From: an uncultured Syntrophomonas sp.
GTDB taxonomy: Bacteria; Bacillota; Syntrophomonadia; Syntrophomonadales; Syntrophomonadaceae
Assembly: GCA_964600925.1 (NCBI GenBank)
Contig: CAZRMB010000001.1
Coordinates: forward strand, 1 to 38,554
DNA length: 38,554 bases
Reading direction: 5' to 3'
The notes under the pieces were generated by a model that made no database searches, was not told the origin of the DNA, and saw only the letters and a program-made list of their open reading frames with translations. Each line of letters opens with the position of its first letter. Position 1 is the stretch's first letter. Positions 18,833-25,854 of this stretch are shown piece by piece. Made by a program: the position numbers and the translations under genes.

Positions 18833-21022
18833 TTACGCCGGTAACACCCGGGTTGCCAGTTCTCTTAATGCTGCTTCCGTCAGCTGTCTCTTGCTCGCAA
18901 CCACCCACAAATCCAGCCCTTTGATCCGACGTTTTCCGGCGGCGCTCTGAAACCCGGCTTCCTTCAATGCTGCCATCAGCGATTTCAGCGTAAAACCACA
19001 CTTGTGCGCCATGTAATGATGGCCGGCAGCCAGAGCGGTTCCATGCCCATACAGGATGTCCAGGGGAGTAATGGGTCCGGCGGGAGACTGATAAGCAACA
19101 TCAGTCAACTTGTCTTCGGCAGCCAGAGCGCAGACAGTCTGTAAATCCGGGGAGGTGATCACCAGAAATCCGCCCGGCTTCAACACCCGCAGGAATTCCT
19201 TCAACACCACGCGTACTTCATGGGCGTAAACATGTTCGATGTTGTGAGCTGAGTAGATGGCGTCTATGCTGGCATCAGCCACGGCTGGCATATTAAGCAT
19301 GGAGCCTACAATATCCGGTTCGTTGATAGGATCGATGTCAAGACGAATTTCACGCCAATCAGGCGTCTGAAAGACCGCTGGCAGCCGGGCACCGTTGCGA
19401 CGGTGACCAGGGCCGACGTGGAGGATAGTTTTTGCAGACATAATACGTTCTTTCTCGCAAGCATCGATATTTTTATAAAGTTCGATCAAAGCATACTCCA
19501 ACCGCCTCGTGAAACGGTCTACATCCATCAGCGGCGATGCCTGCATTATCGGGCGCAGAGATTGTCTTAAGCGCTGCAGCCGATCACGGTCACTTGCCAA
19601 CTCAACGCTAATCCTCACATAGCCGTCTGCAACCTCTGCAGCCAGTTCTGTCAGGCCAATGGCGCTGAGGATGGCGAATGTCTGCCGGCTCACCACCCGG
19701 TTCTGCGGCCACGTGATTACCGGCACGCCCATCCAAAGTGCCTCGCAACTTGTGAGACCGCCGGTAAAGGGAAATGGATCAAGGGCAATGTCGATATCAG
19801 CATATTCCTTCAATAGATCGGCATGGAATGACGGACCGCGCAGTTCGATGCGTTCGGCGGCAATACCGCGCTGGACGAAAGAATCGGTCAACATTTGGCG
19901 TAGTCCTTCATCGTTAAAATTGCGCCACTTGAGCACCAGGCGGCTGTTTGGTACGGCAATAAGAATCCTCGCCCAGAGATCAAACACCCCTGCATTGAGT
20001 TTGGCCGTATTGTTGAAGCAGCCAAACGTTATATGGCCGGCTTGGAGGCACGGGGGTGGAGCGACTTCGGCGAGGGCCCAAGGCGCCGGTTGATAGCAGA
20101 AACGACCGAAAGGCAGGCGGATGACAGGTTCAATAAACTGTTGTTCCATCCCCAGTGGCGCATGCCATTCATCGAGCAGCACCGCATCAATACACGACAG
20201 TCCGGTAGTTGCGAAGTAACCAAGCCAACTGACTTGAACCGGAGCCGGACGATGGGCGAAAACAGTGAGCCGGGAACCGGCGGTGTGACCGGAGAGATCG
20301 ACCAACACGTCGATCTCATCTTGGCGAATCAGATCGGCCAATGCGGCATCGCCCAGAGTGCTTACATCCCGCCATCGGCACGCTTTGTGAATAGAGTCCG
20401 TCACCCAGTCGTTCACTTTCCCGGCGCTATAGGCAAACAACGTAACTCGTCCCGAATCGTGACTTATGATCACATCATTGACAAACAGACCAACAGTGTG
20501 CTGGCAAAAGTCGGCGGAAACATAGCCTATGCGTAGGGGACGGTTTTTCAGCGGACGTAAACTTGGGCGGCGACGGGGGCCTTCCGCTTGTGTGATTGCC
20601 CACTTACCCCAGTCACAAGCCTGAGAAAAGCGTTGAGCATCCGAAACCGTCGGGTCATATTCCAGACTTACCAGCGCGTTGCGGCGGATCACCGGATGAT
20701 TGGGCAATTGTTGTAAAAGTGACGTGTACAGGCGACGGGATTCGAAATGATTACCGGCATCGCGGGCCAGATTGGCCAGATTCACCAGAGGGCGAATGTC
20801 GTTGGGCGTAAGAGCACGCACCTGCTCAAAGCATCGACGAGCGATAGTAAGAAATCCGTAGTTCAACAGCAGAGAGCCGACATCCAAGAGGGCATTAACA
20901 TTGTCGCCATTGGTATCGATAAGTTGCCTGCAAATTGCCAGCAACTCCTGGAAGCGGCCAGCTTGCGCATGGGTTTGCGCCGCGGCAATCCGGTCTGCAA
21001 ACAAAATAACAGCTTCATTCAT
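18833..21022 (-). CDS. TPR + GT41 (O-GlcNAc transferase/SPINDLY-like) glycosyltransferase fused to a C-terminal SAM methyltransferase-like domain
   Basis: N-terminal TPR-like helices; LRIGYVSADFCQHTV, DVLVDLSGHT, PAPVQVSWLGY, FNNTAKLN, LDPFPFTGGLTSCEALWMGVPV; then ILHVGPG...RLDIDP...YSAHNIEH...RVLKPGG. Confidence 0.88.
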   Translation of the reverse strand: MNEAVILFADRIAAAQTHAQAGRFQELLAICRQLIDTNGDNVNALLDVGSLLLNYGFLTIARRCFEQVRALTPNDIRPLVNLANLARDAGNHFESRRLYTSLLQQLPNHPVIRRNALVSLEYDPTVSDAQRFSQACDWGKWAITQAEGPRRRPSLRPLKNRPLRIGYVSADFCQHTVGLFVNDVIISHDSGRVTLFAYSAGKVNDWVTDSIHKACRWRDVSTLGDAALADLIRQDEIDVLVDLSGHTAGSRLTVFAHRPAPVQVSWLGYFATTGLSCIDAVLLDEWHAPLGMEQQFIEPVIRLPFGRFCYQPAPWALAEVAPPPCLQAGHITFGCFNNTAKLNAGVFDLWARILIAVPNSRLVLKWRNFNDEGLRQMLTDSFVQRGIAAERIELRGPSFHADLLKEYADIDIALDPFPFTGGLTSCEALWMGVPVITWPQNRVVSRQTFAILSAIGLTELAAEVADGYVRISVELASDRDRLQRLRQSLRPIMQASPLMDVDRFTRRLEYALIELYKNIDACEKERIMSAKTILHVGPGHRRNGARLPAVFQTPDWREIRLDIDPINEPDIVGSMLNMPAVADASIDAIYSAHNIEHVYAHEVRVVLKEFLRVLKPGGFLVITSPDLQTVCALAAEDKLTDVAYQSPAGPITPLDILYGHGTALAAGHHYMAHKCGFTLKSLMAALKEAGFQSAAGKRRIKGLDLWVVASKRQLTEAALRELATRVLPA

Positions 21023-21026
21023 ATTT

Positions 21027-21719
21027 TTATTCCGGGGACATATTACTATTTATCGTCTTCCCCTTTACTGGTCTCCCCGGTTTCCCACGCTTTAGAGTAC
21101 GGTCGGTCAATTGTTCCAACGTTTCGATGAAAGACGAATCTCCTGCAGGGCGTCCTGTTCTTGTGGCTGAACGAAGGGCCTCTCTCTGTCGCCGATCCCC
21201 TGCATCAGCAAGGAATGACTGCCAATCATCAATAAGCCCAATCAATGTCCTGTCTTCAACGAGGATATCTTTTTCGATCTTGCCGATATGATAGGCTGCA
21301 CTTGACCATGGATAGTCCCACGCTGTCTTAACCATACCGGCACGCACGGGATTTGTCTCCACATAACGGACCGCAGCTATCAGGTGGCGCTCATCCAACA
21401 CACAGGAAGCAAATCTTCCCTGAAAAAGATAACCGCGCACCCCCTCCGCAAAATTCTTCATGCGGGTATATCTTCTGTGTGCTTCTCCAAAGCCTCGGGC
21501 CAAAGATGTCTCTTGCTTCGGTACGGCAATGAAGTGAACATGGTTAGTCATAAGACACCAGGAGAGAATTTCCACTCCAAAGCGTTCTGTCTCTTCCTTA
21601 ACATACTGCAGGTAGCTGCATCTGTCCCCATCGCTTTGGAAAATATCCATGGAGCGGACACCCCGCTGGGTGATATGGTGCGGATAGCCGACAGCTATAA
21701 TTCTAGATATGCGAGCCAT
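21027..21719 (-). CDS. REP-associated tyrosine transposase (RAYT / TnpA-REP, Y1 HUH family)
   Basis: MARISR...PHHITQRG, HUH motif LMTNHVH, LFQGRF, catalytic YVETNPVRAG, YPWSS, C-terminal RGKPGRP. ATG at 21719; the ORF-track TTG at 21755 is the -35 box. Confidence 0.9.
   Translation of the reverse strand: MARISRIIAVGYPHHITQRGVRSMDIFQSDGDRCSYLQYVKEETERFGVEILSWCLMTNHVHFIAVPKQETSLARGFGEAHRRYTRMKNFAEGVRGYLFQGRFASCVLDERHLIAAVRYVETNPVRAGMVKTAWDYPWSSAAYHIGKIEKDILVEDRTLIGLIDDWQSFLADAGDRRQREALRSATRTGRPAGDSSFIETLEQLTDRTLKRGKPGRPVKGKTINSNMSPE
21028..21046 (-). repeat. 19-bp repeat R0 (inverted copy), overlapping the RAYT stop codon
   Basis: Minus strand reads GTAATATGTCCCCGGAATA, 1 mismatch to the consensus GTATTATGTCCCCGGAATA. 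Confidence 0.9.
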
Positions 21720-21726
21720 GGCGAAT

Positions 21727-21755
21727 TGGATAGCAACTTTGTGGAGGGATGTCAA
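21727..21755 (-). promoter_or_regulatory. Putative sigma70 promoter of the RAYT gene (leaderless)
   Basis: TTGACA (21755-21750), 17 nt, TATCCA (21732-21727), 7 nt, ATG. No Shine-Dalgarno sequence. Confidence 0.55.
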
Positions 21756-21764
21756 GAATAATGG

Positions 21765-21783
21765 GTATTATGTCCCCGGAATA
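21765..21783 (+). repeat. 19-bp repeat R1
   Basis: Exact GTATTATGTCCCCGGAATA, preceded by GGATGTCAAGAATAAT. Confidence 0.95.
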
Positions 21784-21797
21784 CTGGAACACCCCCT

Positions 21798-22052
21798 TCA
21801 ACGATAAACATTTCGGCGATGTCCGATACGAATGACCAGCACTACCAATTCATTATCATGCACTTCGTAAATCACGCGATAGTTGCCAATCCGAATGCGA
21901 CGTAATCCCGAAAACTCACCCTTCAGCACACCACCGGCAGCCGGATTGGTTTTAAGCTGATCAATTGCAGCGATAATGCGCAGTCGATCTTCCCGCGCCA
22001 CCTTCTCCAGGGCTTTGGCTGCACTCTGCTTAATTCTGACGGAGTAAATCAT
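21798..22052 (-). CDS. relE: Type II toxin, RelE family
   Basis: YSVRIKQSAAKAL...LKGEFSGLRRIRIGNYRVIYEV...VIRIGHRRNVYR. Confidence 0.9.
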   Translation of the reverse strand: MIYSVRIKQSAAKALEKVAREDRLRIIAAIDQLKTNPAAGGVLKGEFSGLRRIRIGNYRVIYEVHDNELVVLVIRIGHRRNVYR

Positions 22053-22251
22053 GCTTGACAGCCTCCCAATCCAGCACCGGGTCAGCAGGATCGCGCAGCG
22101 CCTCTATAGAACGGGAAATATCCTCAAAATCATCCAGGTAGTATTCCACCGCCAGTCTTACTACATCGGCTCGGGTGCGATTCAACTGTGAAGCAGCCTC
22201 ATCAAGTAAAGCCACCAACTCATCAGGTAATCTTGCAGTGATCTGGCTCAT
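22030..22251 (-). CDS. Ribbon-helix-helix (CopG/RelB-like) antitoxin
   Basis: QITARLPDELVALLDEAASQLNRTRADVVRLAVEYYL RHH pattern, acidic tail, GGAGG RBS, overlaps the toxin start. Confidence 0.85.
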   Translation of the reverse strand: MSQITARLPDELVALLDEAASQLNRTRADVVRLAVEYYLDDFEDISRSIEALRDPADPVLDWEAVKHDLLRQN

Positions 22252-22280
22252 TTTCGTCCTCCCCTTCGCCTCCCCTAATA

Positions 22281-22308
22281 ATGTCCATAGATGTCATTGA
22301 ATGTCAAT
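22281..22308 (-). promoter_or_regulatory. Promoter/operator of the RHH-RelE module
   Basis: Three ATGTC direct repeats at exact 10-bp spacing (22281, 22291, 22301). The third overlaps a minus-strand TTGACA (22308-22303). Confidence 0.6.
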
Positions 22309-22353
22309 ACGCCACCCCCCAGATTAAATCAAGCAAAAAGAGTCATTAGAGGC

Positions 22354-22367
22354 ATATTACGAATAAT
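22354..22367 (+). repeat. Second island motif ATATTACGAATAAT (other copies at 23754, 24350, 25960)
   Basis: Four exact 14-bp copies, each intergenic between TA modules. Confidence 0.85.
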
Positions 22368-22379
22368 ATCATTACATCC

Positions 22380-22408
22380 TTGACATGCCAATCGATTTAA
22401 ATTAAATT
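22380..22408 (+). promoter_or_regulatory. Putative sigma70 promoter of the AbrB-toxin module
   Basis: TTGACA-17 nt-TAAATT, followed by a GGAGG RBS before ATG 22446. Confidence 0.6.
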
Positions 22409-22445
22409 AAGTAAAATTATTTAACTGTTTAATTATGGAGGTCAT

Positions 22446-22724
22446 ATGGCAACGGTTATAAAGATCAGCCCACAGGGACAGATTCGCATCCCCAAGAAAT
22501 TAATGAAATTGCTCGGTTTGGAAGCGGGTGATTACATTGAGGCACTGCTGGAAGAAGATCATATTGCCTTGAGGCCAAGAAAGATGATCGATCCTTCTCA
22601 AGGATGGTACTGGACAAAAGAATGGCAAGAGGCGGAAAAAGAGGTCGATGACGAGGTCGAAAAAGGCGAAGTGTCTCCAACGTTCCAGAAGGCGAAAGAA
22701 GGCATCGAATGGTTGAAAAAATAA
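22446..22724 (+). CDS. AbrB/MazE/SpoVT-family antitoxin
   Basis: KISPQGQIRIPKKLMKLLGLEAGDYIE AbrB signature; DPSQGWYWTKEWQEAE tail. Confidence 0.88.
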   Translation: MATVIKISPQGQIRIPKKLMKLLGLEAGDYIEALLEEDHIALRPRKMIDPSQGWYWTKEWQEAEKEVDDEVEKGEVSPTFQKAKEGIEWLKK

Positions 22725-22984
22725 CCGGTTATGAATTCAGCAACCGATTCAGAAAGGATTACCGCGCCCTGCCGAAAGAGCTCCAGGAGATCTTCGAGAT
22801 AAAACTACCGCTTTTTCTCGACAATCCCGGCCATCCCTCCCTCCGGGTTAAAAGACTCATCGGCACCGTTGATCGATGGGAAGGTTCCGTGACCATGAAC
22901 TACCGATTCACTTTTCAGCTTGCCAAGGGAAAGGTTCTTTTCCGTAGGATCGGCACACATGATATTCTACGGATGGAAGGCTGA
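22709..22984 (+). CDS. RelE/YafQ-like mRNA interferase toxin
   Basis: FSNRFRKDYRAL...NPGHPSLRVKRL...WEGSVTMNYRFTF...RRIGTHDIL; overlaps the antitoxin. Confidence 0.8.
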   Translation: MVEKITGYEFSNRFRKDYRALPKELQEIFEIKLPLFLDNPGHPSLRVKRLIGTVDRWEGSVTMNYRFTFQLAKGKVLFRRIGTHDILRMEG

Positions 22985-23097
22985 ATTCATCAAGGTTATT
23001 ACAGTTACATAATACCTATTATAGAAAAACCCGCCTCCTTCTGAGAAAAGAGGCATTGGTCTGCTGCAATTTCGATGAGGTACGTTAATAATAATGG

Positions 23098-23116
23098 GTA
23101 TTATGTCCCCTGATTA
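23098..23116 (+). repeat. 19-bp repeat R2
   Basis: GTATTATGTCCCCTGATTA (2 mismatches). The preceding ATAATGG is identical to R1; tail CTCCGGACT. Confidence 0.88.
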
Positions 23117-23128
23117 CACTCCGGACTT

Positions 23129-23383
23129 TTAGGAATGATCACGACATTGAGCAACAAGTATTATGTCATCATGTACTGCATATACTGAGCGATGTTGAGC
23201 ATCTATGCGCCGCGACCAGAAGCCCGATAACTGATGCCTCAACTGTTCCGGCTTACCGATACCAGAAAATGGTTCACGTTCGATATCCTTAATAAGTTGA
23301 TTGATCCTCTTGTGAATCCTTCGATCAGTAGCTTGCCAGTAGAGGTAATCTTCCCACCCTTGCGTTGAAAATTTAATCAACAT
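23129..23383 (-). CDS. yoeB: Txe/YoeB toxin
   Basis: WEDYLYWQ, RINQLIKDI, PFSGIGKPEQLRHQLSGFWSRRIDAQHR. Start reassigned to ATG 23383. Confidence 0.93.
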   Translation of the reverse strand: MLIKFSTQGWEDYLYWQATDRRIHKRINQLIKDIEREPFSGIGKPEQLRHQLSGFWSRRIDAQHRSVYAVHDDIILVAQCRDHS

Positions 23384-23630
23384 CAATAAGTTCTCTTTCC
23401 ACGCCGCCATCATTATGTAATTCTTCGATAGCGGCAAGCAAACGCTTTGCGCCTGCCGGATTACGCAACAGATATGCGGTCTCTTCCAAACTCTGATAAT
23501 CGTCAAGTGACATTATTACTACAGGCTTACCTCGCTGACTCGTTACAATTACTGGTTCGTGACAATCATTTACCTGTCGCATCACTTCAGCAAGATGTTG
23601 CCGCGTATGCGAATATGTTAAAGCGTTCAT
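23373..23630 (-). CDS. yefM: Phd/YefM antitoxin
   Basis: TYSHTRQHLAEVM, PVIVTSQRGKPVVIMSLDDYQSLEETAYLLRNPAGAKRL. ATG 23630 follows an AAGGAGGT RBS. Confidence 0.93.
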   Translation of the reverse strand: MNALTYSHTRQHLAEVMRQVNDCHEPVIVTSQRGKPVVIMSLDDYQSLEETAYLLRNPAGAKRLLAAIEELHNDGGVERELIDVD

Positions 23631-23652
23631 TTCAAACACCTCCTTAATAGTT

Positions 23653-23670
23653 TGTACAGAACATAGCACA
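23653..23670. promoter_or_regulatory. YefM-type operator
   Basis: TGTACA palindrome (23653-23658) and a degenerate AGCACA exactly 12 bp away, matching the known yefM-yoeB operator geometry. Confidence 0.6.
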
Positions 23671-23781
23671 ACACAATAAGGTAAGTAAATAATTTTTTAT
23701 TTTCGAGATGTATGTGACATCAACGATGGATTAGAAAGCAAACTCTTGGAAGAATATTACGAATAATTGGAATAATAATCG

Positions 23782-23817
23782 ATATTATGTGCCCGGAATA
23801 TATGCCCGGAATATATG
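23782..23817 (+). repeat. 19-bp repeat R3 with tandem tail
   Basis: ATATTATGTGCCCGGAATA followed by a tandem duplication TATGCCCGGAATATATG. Confidence 0.88.
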
Positions 23818-24071
23818 ATGAATCAAGGCCAAAATCTGTACCCCAGTGGGAAGCACTTCATAAATAATGCGGTAAGAATATACAAATATTTCTCTCACTT
23901 TTTGATCGTCAATTTCCGGTACAACCCGTCCAATTTCAGATATTGTCTCAAAACTTCAGATTTATTAATAATTTCTTGAGACACCTTCTTTGCGTAAAAT
24001 TTTGAATCCCTCGCAATATAATCATGGATATCCTTTAAATCCAGCTTAGCAGGGATTGACCATTCTACCAC
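23785..24071 (-). pseudogene. RelE/ParE-family toxin, frameshifted and 3'-truncated by repeat R3 (absent from the ORF track)
   Basis: GTG 24071 gives VEWSIPAKLDLKDIHDYIARDSKFYAKKV...LRQY. After a 1-nt loss near 23939 the protein continues EIGRVVPEIDDQKVREIFVYSYRIIYEV...ILALIH and then runs into the repeat. Confidence 0.8.
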
Positions 24072-24244
24072 GATTGCATTTCTCTCTTCAGGTCTTCAAT
24101 TGCTATTGTTTCGCCGCGTTCTGCGGCTTCTTGACCTTTTTTGACCTTATCGATGACATAAAGCTCATACATTATATCATCAATGTTTGCTGATTCCGGC
24201 AATTTTGAAATAGCACTCATTGCTTCAGCCTTCAATGTCTCCAT
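24065..24244 (-). CDS. Small acidic antitoxin (partner of the RelE/ParE toxin)
   Basis: METLKAEAMSAISKLPESANIDDIMYELYVIDKVKKGQEAAERGETI...; AAGGAGG RBS; overlaps the toxin start. Confidence 0.75.
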   Translation of the reverse strand: METLKAEAMSAISKLPESANIDDIMYELYVIDKVKKGQEAAERGETIAIEDLKREMQSW

Positions 24245-24433
24245 TAATTTTGCCTCCTTCACATCTATTATCAGCAACCTTTATCATTCAAGTTGATTTA
24301 TAATAGCATGGTTTTCAGAAAAGTTCTATTTTGTATGCATGCTATAAAGATATTACGAATAATTGGAATAATAATCGGGCATCAACTTCGTGATCGGATG
24401 TCAAGAATAATCGGTATTATGTCCCCGGAATAC
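24202..24433 (+). repeat. ~230-bp direct repeat, copy 1
   Basis: Near-identical to 25812-26043 (offset 1610). Confidence 0.95.
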
Positions 24434-24454
24434 GCCCCGGAATACCTCCGGACT
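24414..24454 (+). repeat. 19-bp repeat R4 with tail
   Basis: Exact consensus, then CG-CCCCGGAATA-C-CTCCGGACT. Confidence 0.95.
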
Positions 24455-24462
24455 ATGGAAGG

Positions 24463-24720
24463 CTAATTAGCAGGCAACTTTTTCGAGTGTCCGGCTGGGG
24501 ATTTTGTAAGACCTATTGATTTTTGTGCGACATTAATCAGGGACCTCAATGCCTCATTAACGGCTGCTTCTGTAGAAAATACCTTTGCCACATCGGGACT
24601 GAGGAGCACCAAGTTAGTGCCTTTTTGGTAAGCCTCAAAATACTTGCCGCGGATTCCCTTGCCTAAATCCTCACGTTTATACTCCTGACGAAGTTCGTCA
24701 GATTCTTTAACTTTCTTCAT
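24463..24720 (-). CDS. brnA: BrnA-like antitoxin
   Basis: DELRQEY...GIRGKYFEAYQKGTNLVLLSPDVAKVF...VNEALRSLI; lies downstream of and overlaps BrnT. Confidence 0.72.
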   Translation of the reverse strand: MKKVKESDELRQEYKREDLGKGIRGKYFEAYQKGTNLVLLSPDVAKVFSTEAAVNEALRSLINVAQKSIGLTKSPAGHSKKLPAN

Positions 24721-24979
24721 AGATATTTATCTCCTTGCGATTCATCAGACGCGCACTTATGATCCTTGTTCGGTCTCCACGTTCCGTGTGGGAGACAATG
24801 AGTAATCTCTTCTGGAGAGACCTGCCAAAAGTGATCCATCGGTTTTCATCCATGGAGTGATCCGGGTCTTCAAATGTAATTGCCAACGGGTCTCCAAAGA
24901 CTGACGCTGCTTCCTGAAACGAAACATTATGTTTTCTAGCGTTGGAAATAGCTTTTTTAGGGTCCCACTCAAATTCCAT
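24707..24979 (-). CDS. brnT: BrnT ribonuclease toxin
   Basis: MEFEWDPKKAISNARKHNVSFQEA..VFGDP...DHSMDENRWITFG...RIISAR. Confidence 0.93.
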   Translation of the reverse strand: MEFEWDPKKAISNARKHNVSFQEAASVFGDPLAITFEDPDHSMDENRWITFGRSLQKRLLIVSHTERGDRTRIISARLMNRKEINIYEES

Positions 24980-25169
24980 ACCTGCGTCCCTTTAGCATAT
25001 TATATAATAATTAGTTGTCTTAGTAACAACGGCCCCGACTTTACTCATAACCCACTTAAACTAAATAACAATAATATCTAATCTTTTGCCATTTTTACTT
25101 AATCATTTATTACCATCATTCCATCTATCATGTCAATTTTAAGATTAAAAGAAGATAAAGGATTAAATA

Positions 25170-25259
25170 CGAGCCATTGTAAATGGTCAGCTGCCTTGTG
25201 GAGGGATGTCAAGAAATATCTGTATTATGTCCCCGGAATATACCCGGATTATATCCGGG
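25170..25259 (+). repeat. Repeat R5 (core 25222-25240) with a remnant of the RAYT start/promoter and a hairpin tail
   Basis: CGAGCCAT...TTGTGGAGGGATGTCAAGAA...GTATTATGTCCCCGGAATA aligns to 21712-21783; tail CCCGGAT-TAT-ATCCGGG. Confidence 0.9.
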
Positions 25260-25354
25260 ATCACTTTAACCCTTGACATCTCGGAAGTTTTCATACATTT
25301 ACAGCATATAATGGTGTTTAAATCGTTTTATTTAATTTAGAAAGGAGAGGAAAC

Positions 25355-25564
25355 TTGAGGGTCTATACTGCTGTAATTGAAAAATGTCCCGACACAGGGC
25401 TTTTCGTCGGATACATTCCGGGACTACGCGGTGCCCATTCCCAAGGTGAAACATTGGACGAGCTTAATCGCAACCTGAAAGAGGTTGTAGAACTACTTCT
25501 TGAGGATGGGGAGCCGGAACTGGAAGCGGAATTTGTTGGAACTCAGAGCGTGATTGTGGCTTGA
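25355..25564 (+). CDS. hicB: HicB antitoxin (short form, no DNA-binding domain)
   Basis: YTAVIEKCPDTGLFVGYIPGLRGAHSQGETLDELNRNLKEVVELLLE; TTG start after an AAGGAG RBS. Confidence 0.9.
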   Translation: MRVYTAVIEKCPDTGLFVGYIPGLRGAHSQGETLDELNRNLKEVVELLLEDGEPELEAEFVGTQSVIVA

Positions 25565-25565
25565 T

Positions 25566-25790
25566 ATGGGATCCAATGCCGTACTGAAGCCATCGGAAGT
25601 CATCACCATTCTTGAACGTCACGGATTTAAAGAAACGCGCCAGAGGGGCAGCCATAAACAATTTCGCCACCCTGACGGAAGAGGAACCACGGTACCATGT
25701 CATCAGGGGAGAGACATTTCTCCCATCCTCTTACGTCAGATTGCCCGAGACATCGGCCTGACCATAGAAGAGTTTCTCAAGCATCACTAA
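25566..25790 (+). CDS. hicA: HicA toxin
   Basis: EVITILERHGFKETRQRGSHKQFRHPDGRGTTVPCH...LLRQIARDIGL; start taken as ATG 25566. Confidence 0.93.
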   Translation: MGSNAVLKPSEVITILERHGFKETRQRGSHKQFRHPDGRGTTVPCHQGRDISPILLRQIARDIGLTIEEFLKHH

Positions 25791-25811
25791 TCGTACCCCA
25801 TGCCTCTATAG

Positions 25812-25854
25812 ATTTTTAAATAGCGCTCATTACCTCAGTCTTCAACATCTCCAT
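25812..25854 (-). pseudogene. 5' remnant of a paralogue of the 24065-24244 antitoxin
   Basis: RBS and ATG are retained (MEMLKTEVMSAI, then TAA) versus METLKAEAMSAISK. Similarity is lost just before the hicA 3' end. Confidence 0.7.

Noticed and set aside
21027-21719. Ordinary IS200/IS605 element
   Set aside because: The protein is 230 aa with RAYT-type motifs (QGRF, NPVRAG, YPWSS), there is no tnpB, and it is flanked by inverted repeat copies.
23384-23506. N-terminal extensions of YoeB (and likewise YefM, RAYT and the WbdD-like protein) in the ORF track
   Set aside because: Family homology and RBS or overlap positions support the downstream starts.
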